A stretch of 64,000 bases of DNA from Heterodontus francisci. Its lineage: Eukaryota. Position numbers and translations under genes: made by a program. This document shows positions 39,108-49,380 of this stretch, piece by piece (the first letter of the stretch is position 1; each line of letters opens with the position of its first letter). The notes beneath the pieces were generated by a model. The model was not told where the DNA came from, did no database searches, and worked only from the letters and a program-made list of their open reading frames with translations. The stretch is from NCBI RefSeq assembly GCF_036365525.1, contig NC_090376.1:33165075-33229074 (forward strand), given 5' to 3'.

Positions 39108-39989
39108 AGCTACACATGGAATCTGGTAATACTGAACACTAATGCCAATGTTTCTCGTTCTATGTTTAATAGTTCTCCTGAGTGGGTGACAAACTTTTAG
39201 AACCAAACGTAATTAATCTACCTTCCTGTAACAGACATGCTCCAAAACCCTCTTGTGATGCATCAACTTTGTGTGTAGTTTCCTTGGGTTATAGTATTGT
39301 AAACATTCTTCAGCAGAAAGTGACTTTTAATGAATTTGTGTTCTGATGATTTCACGCCACAAGAATGGCACATCTTTCTTGAAAAGTTCACGTAGTGATG
39401 AGGCTTTCCCTAAGAAATTTGAGATATATGGTGCTAAGAAGTTAAACTGACTCAAAGCCTCAACTTTACTGGGATATGGTCATATTCCAGTGTCAGAATA
39501 GATTGAACTGAAAAAATTAATATGGCTCACATTGATAGCACATTTTTTGCTATTATGCATGAGACCTTCTCTTCTAGCAGTCTCCATTAGAATGTGAGGA
39601 TACTTGTCATGCTCTTCCCATGACTGCTATGTCATCAGCAATGCAAACACAACCAGGATAATGTGATCCATATGTTGTAGGACCATGTTTTGATTCACTG
39701 CCAGACCGAATGATAACTCTGGAAAGTAATACCTCCCAAAAGGTGTTCTGAATGTTGTTGGTTCCTGTGAATCTTTGGAAAGATGTACTGACCAATATCT
39801 ATGTTTCACACCCAACTTTGAGAAGAACTTGGCTCCAGCAAACCTTGGTGTTACACTAATGTATTTTGTTGAATGATCCATTTATTCCTACTCTTTTTTC
39901 TGTCTGTTAACCATTCTTCATTCCATGCTATTACCCAATCCTATGAGCCCTAATCTTCTGCGACAACCTATTGTACGGCACCTTATTGC

Positions 39990-40450
39990 CTTCTTGGATG
40001 CGCAAAAAGCCAGAATTGGAGGAGTGCAGAAATTTTAAAGGACTGTTGGTCTAGACAAGGTTACAGAAATATGAAGGTGTGAGATCATATAGGGATTTGA
40101 AAATAAGGATGTTAAAATCAAGGTGGTGTTAGACCAGAAGGCATTAGTCCGAGTTATGGATGAGCTCAAGTTTACAGGTGGTGCAAGGTGTAAGGTTTGC
40201 CAGGAGAACACTGGAATAGTCATGTCTAGAGGTGTCAAAGGCATGGAAAGGGTTTCAGCAGCAGTTGAGCTGAGCCAGGAGAGGAGTCAAGAGATGGTAT
40301 GGAAGTGGAAGTAAGTGATCATGGTGATGGAGAGGATGTGGGGTGGTGAGCTCAGCTCAGTGTCAAATAAGATGCCAAAGTTGAGAACAGTCTTGATCAT
40401 GGAGAGGCTTGGAGTTGGCGGCTTGGGAACAAAATAGGTGCCAAGGACCA
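39990..40450 (-). mobile_element. L2-like LINE RT fragments
   Basis: PLTPLD.. and KSLYDLTPSYFCNL-like degenerate RT C-terminus. Confidence 0.5.
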
Positions 40451-40459
40451 AAGGCAATG

Positions 40460-42372
40460 GCCACAAAATTGGGCTTCATAACGCTGGTAGTTCTGGCACT
40501 ATGGGAGGTGGTTCAGGGAAAAATAGTGGAAGGGTCCGCTCCCAATCACTTCTGGCATGGCCCGAGCCGATTGCCATGTTACAAAGGATGATAGCGCATG
40601 AGTCCTGTGTGTGTGCCGGAAGTATACAGAGTGGGCAGATGGTGATGTCAGTAATGTAATGTTGTAATCTGATTTGATGCCTAAGCTGCCATTTTGGACC
40701 TTGCCATTCCTGTTAATGCCCTCACAATGTGTGTTCAGCTGAACGAGGGACACCCCACCCCCACCCCTCGACCAGTGCTATTTGAAGTACCTCAACTTTC
40801 AGGTGAGGTACTTTTGACTACACTGTTGTTGCAAGCATTGACAAAGGTTCATTGATTCATAAGGATGTGGTGCTGTAACTTTGGAAGGACTTGTGTGGTT
40901 TTCAAAGGCCTCTGAGCATAAAACTTGCTGCCAGACACGGGGGCTATAAATGGCAGTTCCTTTGGGCTGCAGCATCACAGAGTGATGGAGCAGAGGCAGC
41001 TTGGAGAGGAAGGAGGAGGAGGAGGGCTGTCAGCATGAGGTCTTAACCACCTAGGGTCTTCATGAAGAACTTCTCCTACCATGATCTCAGCCAGTCCCAC
41101 TCCAGGACTTGAGCACAAAAATCAAGACTGACATTCTTGTGCAGTATTGAGGGAGTGCTGCACTGCTGGAGGTGTAACCTTTCAGATGAGAAGTTAAACT
41201 GAGGCCCAGTTTGCCCCCTCAGGTGGATGTAAAAGATGCCATGGCACTATTTTGCAGGAGCAGGGGAGTTATCCCTGGTATTCTGGCCAATGTTCATCCC
41301 TCAATCCATATCACAGAAGCTACACGGTGGTGTAGTGGTATTGTCACTGGACTAATAACCCAGAAACCAGGGTATTGCTCTTCGGACATGGGTTCGAATC
41401 CCACCATGGCAGAAGGTGGAATTTGAATTCAATTAATAAAATCTGGAATTAAACTGTAGTCTAACGATGGCTAACGATGGCCGTGAAACCATTGTCGATT
41501 GTTGTAAAAACCCATCTGGTTCACTAATGTCCTCTAGGGAAGGAAATCTGCCTTCTCCAAGGGGCTGAGGACATACACCCAAGCCTGTTCCCCCACTCTG
41601 GTTCATTGATGCTTCCTTCTGTTATGGGCCACCCTGTCCTGTAAGAGAGTGGGAAGAGTATCAGTGTGTGTGTTGCAATGTGTTTGGGTGATGTGACTAT
41701 CATAGCTGAATAGCCAGATGTATGTGCAAGGTGTGAGGCTTTCAGTAGTGGTAGGAGGGTGAGGTGCAGCTTATGAATATGAAGCATAATTCCAGATTGC
41801 AAGAGATTATTGATGGGTGAAGGAGGGGCTGTGTCACATTGAACAATGTATAGGATATGGCATTTGAAGGTATATTCACTGACTTTGACAACTCATGTGA
41901 GGTTATTGAACTTCTTCCAGCACTGTATCCAGGTCATCAGGGCCACATCCCTGGCATTGACCTTCATGGCTATCTGCTCACATTCTCTTGAGTGTATGTT
42001 TGGAGGGCCCGTTGCCACTGTGCAGATAGATGATCACTCTCCTCCTTTCCATCGCCTCTCCATTGCTTTGGAGAGCCTAGGATCCCTCTCTTTGACCTGT
42101 TGTGCCATTACTACAGTTTCTTCCAGCTCTTAAACTGTTTGCCAGTCAGTTGAATGAGCTGCCTCAGCCAGAATGTACATCTGTAAAAAGTGCAGGCTGA
42201 CATTACGTAGTACGGGCTAACTTTAATTGCTGACCTCACATGAAATTGGGCCTCCTCTGAGTGTGCAGCCTCTTTGCAGTACCTTCAGTGCCTGCTTTAT
42301 TTCCACAGGCATGAGCTAATCTTGCATCGCAAATGCTGCACCCATTTTCAGACCTTATTGAATTTTCAGCAC
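40460..42372. mobile_element. Internally deleted Harbinger remnant with nested SINEs
   Basis: Myb exon-1 remnant on - (TWIQCWKKFNNLT, gtcagt donor, ~41875-42070); transposase 5' remnant on + (~40930-41090). Confidence 0.6.
41093..41553 (+). mobile_element. Deu-domain SINE fragment (41093-41315) followed by tRNA-derived SINE 5' half (41326-41553)
   Basis: ggatgtaaaagatgccatggcactattt core; ggtggtgtagtgg..gggttcgaatccc A/B boxes. Confidence 0.7.
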
Positions 42373-43434
42373 AATGTCTTCCCAATAGTTAATTGGAGAA
42401 ATGTTTTGCTCATCCAACACTGGATGTCAGACAAGCAGCTTGACAAATCAGAACAAGTTTCATTTTTAATTCAGTCGTACTGCAAGGGCAATAAGGGATG
42501 GCCTTGCCAGTGATGCTCATCCCAGGAATAAGGAAAAAAAACTTGACATAAGCCAACATTATCTGACATACATCTGCAGCATAAGTCCAGTACAGTTAGT
42601 GATTACTGTTACATTTTGCACAGTCTGAAAATAATGTGATAAAAATCCATTAGTTTTGCAGCTAAGCATTTTTTTCACAGATGCAACATTACGTGATTCT
42701 GTTGAGTGCGTTTTTACTTACTGACCCACTGAGAGTGTGGCGAGGAGTGGGGTGGGGATCACCAACATGCCGGGTACCTGGAAGTTTTAATTTCACAACA
42801 TGAAACCTCTGGCCCTGACAGGTTTACCACCTGAAATTCAGCCAGGTTTGACTTCCAGTTGGGCAGAGAGCACTCCTGAGGAGGCCACAGGACCAGGCAT
42901 GTCCGATCCTCAACCCTGGGGTGGGGGTTCTGACCCCAGGTGGGGTCTGAAAGCATAGTCGGGGTGTGAGGGTCCGATTCCAAAGGGGGTTTCTTATCCC
43001 AAGGGGTGTCTGATTCCCAACCCCAGGAATGTGGGCTCGATCCCTGTCTCTGGATAGTGGATGAGTGGGGGTGGTGTACAGTCGTGGTGGCGATGGCTGT
43101 TGTATGGAGAGGGAGCGGGGTTAATGGTAGGGGAGTTGATGAGCCAGGGAAAAGCACTCCTGTTTCACTTGGCCCACATGGAGTGCTGTGAAGGTGTTTA
43201 CCTTCTCCCTGAAGCTGTCCTCACCTCGCTGTACCTGCTGGGTTTCCCAAGCGCCGGGACGCCCTGTTAGGCCACAGTTAAACCTGCAAAGCAAATTAAA
43301 TCTGAGGCGTCCAGCTTCTAACTTATTTAAATTGGCAACAAACCTCCTGGGAATGGGATGGCTGCCAGTAGTGAGAACTCAGAAAACTACCTCCTTGATC
43401 TTTTCTTTTCTTACTCTGCACTCATGAGTGTTTT

Positions 43435-43812
43435 TGAAAAATTCTTTCATGGGATGTGGATGTTGCCTGCAAGACCAGCATTTGTTGCCCATTCCTAACT
43501 GCCCTTGACCTGAGCAGCTTGCTAGGCCATTTCAGAGGGCAGTTAAGAGTCAACCACATTGCTGTGGGGCTGGAGTCACATGTAGGGACAGCACATTTCC
43601 TTCCCTAAAGGACTTGTGAACCAAATGGGTTTTTACGACAGTTGATGATAGTTTCATGGCACCATTGCTGAGACTAGCCTTCAATTCCAGATTTTAAATA
43701 ATTGAATTTAAATTCCACCAGCTGCCGAGGTGGGATTTGAACCCATGTCCCCAGGGCATTAGCCCAGGCCTCTGGATTACTAGTCCAGTGACATTACCAC
43801 TACTCCACCGTC
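43435..43812 (-). mobile_element. tRNA-derived SINE with CR1-like tail
   Basis: Same family as 7430-7840 and 29905-30706. Confidence 0.8.
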
Positions 43813-43872
43813 TTCCCCCTTAATGTTGTGGGGATGGAATCTAACAGTGGACATGGGGATCTAAATTTATTA

Positions 43873-43960
43873 CAAAAACAAAAAGTGGTGGAAATACTCA
43901 GCAGCATCTGTGGAGACAAATGCAAAGTTAACGTTTCAGGTCTGTGACCTTTCATCAGAA
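43873..43960 (-). mobile_element. 88-bp Penelope-derived insertion
   Basis: 12-bp direct repeat ctaaatttatta at 43861-43872 and 43961-43972; homologous to 2443-2571. Confidence 0.8.
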
Positions 43961-43962
43961 CT
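43926..43962 (-). ncRNA. Minimal type I hammerhead ribozyme motif
   Basis: AGTT CTGATGA A AGGTC-ACA-GACCT GAAAC GTT AACT: intact core, 5-bp stem II, 4-bp stem I, palindromic AACGTT stem III. Confidence 0.75.
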
Positions 43963-44237
43963 AAATTTATTATTGTGTTCATTATATGGGTCTAAAATGT
44001 TATCAGTTTAGCAATGCAGAGACCCATGTCTGATAAATGTGGAAATTCAAACCACTAGATTGTTTGGGACCTTTTTTTTTGGCAGCCCTGACAATTGCCT
44101 GAAATGAGCACAGGCCATTTAAGTATTGGAATGAGGCTCCAGCTCTTAATTCAGCCCCAGTTTCCTAAATTCGGAGCTCCAACTGGCATCTCTGGGTATT
44201 GAGCAGCCTGAACAACGGTCCTTAAAGGGAACATAGG

Positions 44238-44511
44238 TGTTGTATGATTGCCTTTAAGAGTGATGTCCCTTTAAGATTTTCGTATGTTAATGAACCAAGT
44301 ACCACGATGCAGTTATGTGACTCGAAGCTTGAATCTCTCTGCTACTGTAACACCTAGAAGCAGGTTCTGTAAATAGTTAGTTCTGTACTGTATATACTTA
44401 GCTGTTAATAAACCTGTTTGAAATCTTCAACCAACTGGACTCCACGCATTTCATTTATGTCGTATCAGACATCACAAAAATAATTCATTATGGTGGCAGC
44501 TCCTCATTAAA
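44238..44511 (+). repeat. 5' LTR
   Basis: Direct repeat of 47297-47572, roughly 85-90% identical by eye; TG start; AATAAA near 44407. Confidence 0.95.
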
Positions 44512-44529
44512 TGGTGGCAGCTGCGGTGA
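44512..44529 (+). promoter_or_regulatory. Primer-binding site, probably tRNA-Leu
   Basis: tggtggcagc(tg)cggtga immediately after the LTR, close to the complement of a tRNA-Leu 3' end (TGGTGGCAGCGGTGG). Confidence 0.7.
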
Positions 44530-45229
44530 GAAGACACAATCTAAACTTGAAGACCACAGGTAAAACAGCTCTGAAAAGACCTTTCCCACAGCTAAGAGAG
44601 AGAAAGTTAAAAAAACTGGCTCAAACAGTAAAAAAAAAACTTACCCAAGCTGTAGAAGACAGAGCACAGAATGGCAAGCTGCAAATAAGTCAGGTGAATC
44701 GTTGTGCCAACAGTTGAGGGATACTGCCTTAAAAAAAGCTCTGAAAAGCTTAAAAATTGATTTTTTTTCAATGCCTCTGTTTAAAAACAAACTGGGAAGA
44801 CCCGACTCCTCTCCCAGGCTGATTAAAGTTGGTGCCATTACAGGAGGCGCCTGACAGCAAAAAGCATGGCAAAGCTCCATTCACGTAGCTTGCAGCTAAA
44901 GCTTAAAAAAATCATTAAATTACTTTAACATGAAGAGCTTTCATTCATGCAGTCAAAGTTTAAAAAACCCATAAAACCACTCAAGTGTGAAGAATTGCCT
45001 ATTGAACGGCTGTATCAATAAACTCTAGCAGAGGGAAAAACACATGAAATGCCTAGTGCAGCGACAGACAGAGTGCTGGAAGTTAGATAAACAGACAAGC
45101 ACTGCCACACACCTGCTCCTGTCAGACAAAGCAGCCAGTCTAGATAAGAGTTTTTTAAAAAAGGGAATACAGTACAGAGTCATAGAGCAAGTCTTAAAGC
45201 AAGTTTTAAAGCAAAAGAACAGCAGGAAG

Positions 45230-46510
45230 ATGAATACCAAATTTCCCAGCATGAACTAGAAGGCCATAGATATCCTATCCGAGTTCCAATTTTTCAAACA
45301 GAAAACGCAGTTATGCTTCACCGACCAAGAGATTACAGAACCAGAAAAACAGGCTGTAAAAATAATGATAGCAATTGGAAATGAGGGTTTATACAGAATC
45401 AATACCTCAGGCATATTTGAAGAGGACCAGAAAGATCCCACAAAGATATGAAAAGTGCTGGAAGATCAGCTCCAATTTAAGAGTAAATTTTAGAATTCAC
45501 CAGCTGGAATTGATGTCCTGCAGGCAACAGCTGCAGGAATCAATAGACCAGTTCATCAGTAGATTCTGTAACGAGGGCAACGAATGCGATTTTTCAGAAG
45601 CTGAGCTGTCAGACTGAATAATGGAGTTGGTGATTTTCTCATCATCCATTGAAGTGTTTCAGAAGGACCTCTTGGGGAAAAAGAAAGGTCACAGCATTGA
45701 TGCACTGCTAGAAGATGGCAGCAATTATGAAGCCATTGTAACTGGACAACAACAACAATGAGAACTAGGTGCAGCCAACAGTATTGGCATGATAACCAGG
45801 TCGAAGAGAGCGAGCAAGCTATGTGGGAAGTGTGGTTGGTCCAATTCACTGCGAAGTTGTCCTGCATTTTAGACGTGTGCAAGGCGTGCAGCGTAAAAGG
45901 ACACTGGGCCCACCTATGCAAGAAATCTGGCTCCAAAGTCGCAGCCAGAAGTCATAGTGGGGCACAGACAAACAGACGACTGGTTCAGCAACAGAGCAAC
46001 AGCAGCAAGGACAGCTCCAGAGACCTGCGTAAACGCAAGCCAATACACAAAGTCCACAGTGAAACAGACCTGAGACAAGACTCTGAGAGAAGCAATTCTC
46101 AGCCAAAAGACGAACAGGCGTTCCACATTGTGAACCGGACATGCCATGTTGATGAAAGCAAACAACTGGAAGCTTTCACCATTATTAACATCATGTGTCC
46201 AAAGAGAGCTGGCAAACATACACTTGGAGTTAAGATAGACACTGGCGCTAGTGCAAATATCCTACCAGTTCGAATCCTGAAGGACATGTACCGGAGTCAT
46301 TGGAAATCAATGATACAACCGACAACTTTCAAGTGATCTGAACACAATGGGTCACCCATTCCGTACAGTGGAACACTAACATTACAATGCAGCTATGGCA
46401 AGTCGGCATGGAAACCACAAATATTCTATCCAGTAGACACAAGCGGACCAGCAGTGGCAGGACTACCAGCGTGTAAGGACCTCGATATTGTCACTATTCA
46501 CAAGGTCACC
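45230..46510 (+). pseudogene. gag-pro: Gypsy gag and aspartic protease, with stops and frameshifts
   Basis: QQLQESIDQFISR..CDF capsid-like segment, CKACSVKGHWAHLC CCHC knuckle, VKIDTGASANIL active site, GPAVAGLPACKDL protease C-terminus. Confidence 0.9.
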
Positions 46511-47145
46511 CAATACAGCAGAAGAGACCAAGGGTAGCTGCATTGCCACACCAAGAGAATAAAGATCCAAACTCAGATGGTGAAAGTTCTCTACCAACAG
46601 GCAGTGTTTCTTCATGCTCCAGTGGTTCAGAAGACAAAATTGATGTTGGCACTACTGAGAAGCAAAGGCTGGCAGTGGGGAGCATTGTCAAGGGGAAATC
46701 TCCAAGGACCATAATCCACTCGTAGACTCTGGCCAGCATCAAATGGTGCAGTCTGGAAACCCAGCAATGGCACAACTATGCCACGGCTTTACGTCTGCTA
46801 TCCAGAGAACCGCCAGCACCACAACAAGCTGGAAAGGACAGGTACCGCCATGAAGCCAAGTACTCCTCCCCCAAAATGTCCTCGACCTTGAGCCCAAGAC
46901 CTTCAGGTGCAGAGGATGAGGAGAGGCGAAGGGCATGCAGTGCCTTGAAGAGGAAGACGAGGATTGAGTTGAAGCATTGTCTGTTGATTCTTCGAGATGA
47001 GGTGCTGGAACTTTCCAAGAATGACAAGGCCTCAGAAGTGATCATCATACAGAGTATGTTAGCAGGCTGAAGGCAGAACAACACAAACAATGCAGAGAGG
47101 GAGACACTTCAGAAAAAAACAGCAACAGCTTAGATGCAAATTCTC
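46510..47145 (+). pseudogene. myc: Captured C-terminal half of a Myc-family transcription factor (MBIIIb, MBIV, bHLH-ZIP), decayed
   Basis: One frame reads SSGSEDKIDVGTTEK (MBIIIb), IKWCSLETQQWHNYA (MBIV), SPRPSGAEDEERRRACSALKRKTRIELKHCLLILRDEVLELSKNDKASEVII (basic-HLH); after small indels TEYVSRLKAEQHK..AERETLQKKQQQLRCK (helix 2 and zipper); internal TAG at 46723. Confidence 0.9.
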
Positions 47146-47282
47146 CGGCACACCACCAAAACAATCGATGGACTTTTAAGCTTTTGCACATGTAAAGTTC
47201 ATAATCTCTATCCATGTGTAAATAATTTTGATATCTAATTTTATGTATTTTTTTTTACTTTTAGCATACGAGATTTATCCTT

Positions 47283-47296
47283 GGAAAGAAAGGGGA
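47283..47296 (+). promoter_or_regulatory. Polypurine tract
   Basis: ggaaagaaagggga directly before the 3' LTR. Confidence 0.9.
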
Positions 47297-47572
47297 TATT
47301 GTTTGATTGCCTTTAAGAGTGATGTCCCTTTAGGATCTTAGTATGCTAGTGAACCAAGTATCAGGAGGCAGTTATGAGACTCGAAGCCTGAATCTCTCTG
47401 CTACTGTAACACCTAGAGGCAGGTTCTGTAAATAGTTAGCTCTGTACTGTATATACTTGTTAATTGTTCATAAACCTGTTTGAGATCTTCAAAAAACTGG
47501 ACTCCACGCATCTTATTTATGTTGCATCAGACAACATAAGAACTCATTATATGGTGGCAGTTCCTCATTACA
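47297..47572 (+). repeat. 3' LTR
   Basis: Direct repeat of the 5' LTR; ends in CA followed by the TSD. Confidence 0.95.
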
Positions 47573-48499
47573 ATAGGCTCAAAAAAAGCCCAAATAATTG
47601 GAATCCTTTTTTGTGTTTTGTGGAGTTGGAAGGAGCTCCTGCTGTCACAACAGAACAACTGTGGCTCACTAATGGCCAGCCCTCACCCTCTTCTTGATCA
47701 CACCCCCCACCCTAGTCCCCCTGCTCTGCACCCAACCCTGTTACCGAACCTATCACTAAACCTTGGCCCCATATTCACATGGCCCCAAACCAGGCAAAGT
47801 GCATTAGGGTGCTTCATTGGTGCCTACTGCTTGCTTGATTTGTTTTGATGAGGTACAAGGGCAAGTTTACTTTAGACCTCGCACCTCTCCATTCTAGTGC
47901 ACCAAATTTGCTAGAATTCATATACAAAGGAACATAAAATCCAAAGTGAGAACAGGCACTTCAGCCGATCAAGCTCACAACTTCCAAAATCTGTGTATAA
48001 CTATTCTATCATGGACATATCTACTTATTTGATATTCTTTTCGCATTGAAACACATAGAATCTGCATCACTCATAAATAGTTATGAAGTTTCTCTGATTA
48101 TGGGACAAGCTGCAAGATTGCACCAGACTTGCTTTAAAAGTCTATTCTTTAAAATGCCATCTGCTACAAGGAAGTGCCACTTGAGGCCTGCAAATATGCA
48201 GAACATTCCTGTCCCTTCTGCCAGCACTAGATCCCGCTATGCAAATTCCATAGAGAGGAACACCCACTAATCCCAGATCTGGGCAGTGGTCAGTGAAGGA
48301 GGGCAGGAAAATCTGCACTTTAGTCCTTGGCCTGAGGACACATTCACAGACAGGTTTGGTTTATACTGGTTCAACATTTGTCCTGCTCCACTTTTCTCCA
48401 GTACGGTGTGGCAGATCCTTCAACCACTCCCCCGAAACTCTGCATTCATATTTGCCTTGAGTCAATGGGAAGGTCTGCTGGAGGCTGTGTTGTAATGAA

Positions 48500-49380
48500 G
48501 GTTTATCACTCAATATAATATCCAAATCTTGAATAAGCTCCCTCCATATTTGGAGAGAGACAAATTGTTTTGTGAGAATAGGCTGTTTCTGGTACTTGAC
48601 ATATTTTTTAGATCTGTTCTGGGATAATTTGTTTTGGGCTTTACAATGCTTCTGACCCTCAGGGTCAAATGTTTAAATATTTCCAGATAAGCCCACTGCA
48701 GTGCTCTGGGAATCAACTTTCTGATCCTTTTCTTCACCAGACTTTTCACTTTCTTAAAGCTTTTTCTAGTGCTCAATGTTTCACCTCCTAATCATAGTGA
48801 GGTGGCCAACAAACATATCCTGATTTATTCCTCTCGGGATGACTTCATCCAGAGATTTAAAAGATGGAGTATAGAACGTGTGGGTTTGAACTTATTTTCC
48901 AACCAGTGGAACAGGATAACTGAGGGACAGAAAAAACAGATGGGAAGGCATTTTGTAGAATCTCTGCCAATTCACTATTTTCCTACCTGTCTTTTAGGCC
49001 AGTCCAAAGTGCTGTTGCACAAAATGTTTCCATGGCCAATGCCATGCAAATTACTTTTGAATTGGTGCCCAGCTTGCCTGTATCAAATGGAAATGAAAGG
49101 TCATTGTACTTTTGGTCATTCTTTATCACAAGCAGTTGATTTCCACCCTTGATTTGCCTTTTAATTCACGTTTACTTTTAGCTTGATGTTCTTTGCCTAA
49201 GGCAGTCATGTCTTCTTCCCTCTATACCCGCTTGACTAGTTTCTAGGGCCTCATGTAGCTTCCTCTCTGTCCTTTCCCTTTGTCAGTCTAAAATTCCTCC
49301 CTCAAAAGAATGTCGCCTTTATCTGATGTCATGATTGATCCTTGATCTCCTTCCCTTCTTTCCTGGCATGTACTCTTCAA
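48500..49380 (-). mobile_element. Highly decayed CR1 RT fragment
   Basis: Remnants of VPQ.SV..P, DF.KAF and QHGF motifs on the minus strand. Confidence 0.5.

Larger units (their letters stand above)
33750..39880 (-). mobile_element. Decayed Gypsy retrotransposon (RT, RNase H, integrase, PPT, 3' LTR) with nested insertions
   Basis: TTFRTPFGRY..FGL and CIADDI (RT), FVVETDHKP (RNase H), LHQGHMGIE and SSPHYPRSNGLA (IN); PPT 35412-35424; LTR 35411 to 33750 with TGTTGTG..CACAACA. Confidence 0.9.
44238..47572 (+). mobile_element. Non-autonomous Gypsy-type LTR retrotransposon carrying a captured myc fragment
   Basis: Two ~275-bp LTRs, perfect TSD ATAGG (44233-44237, 47573-47577), PBS, PPT, gag-protease, no RT/RH/IN. 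Confidence 0.95.

Noticed and set aside
41326-41410. tRNA gene
   Set aside because: The A/B boxes belong to a SINE head that continues into the SINE core; the same applies to the HE1 heads.
46510-47145. Functional host myc gene
   Set aside because: No N-terminal Myc boxes, an internal stop, frameshifts in helix 2 and the zipper, and it lies inside an LTR element.
48510-48776. Basic 88-aa ORF suggesting a nucleic-acid-binding protein
   Set aside because: Shifted reading of a decayed CR1 RT region.
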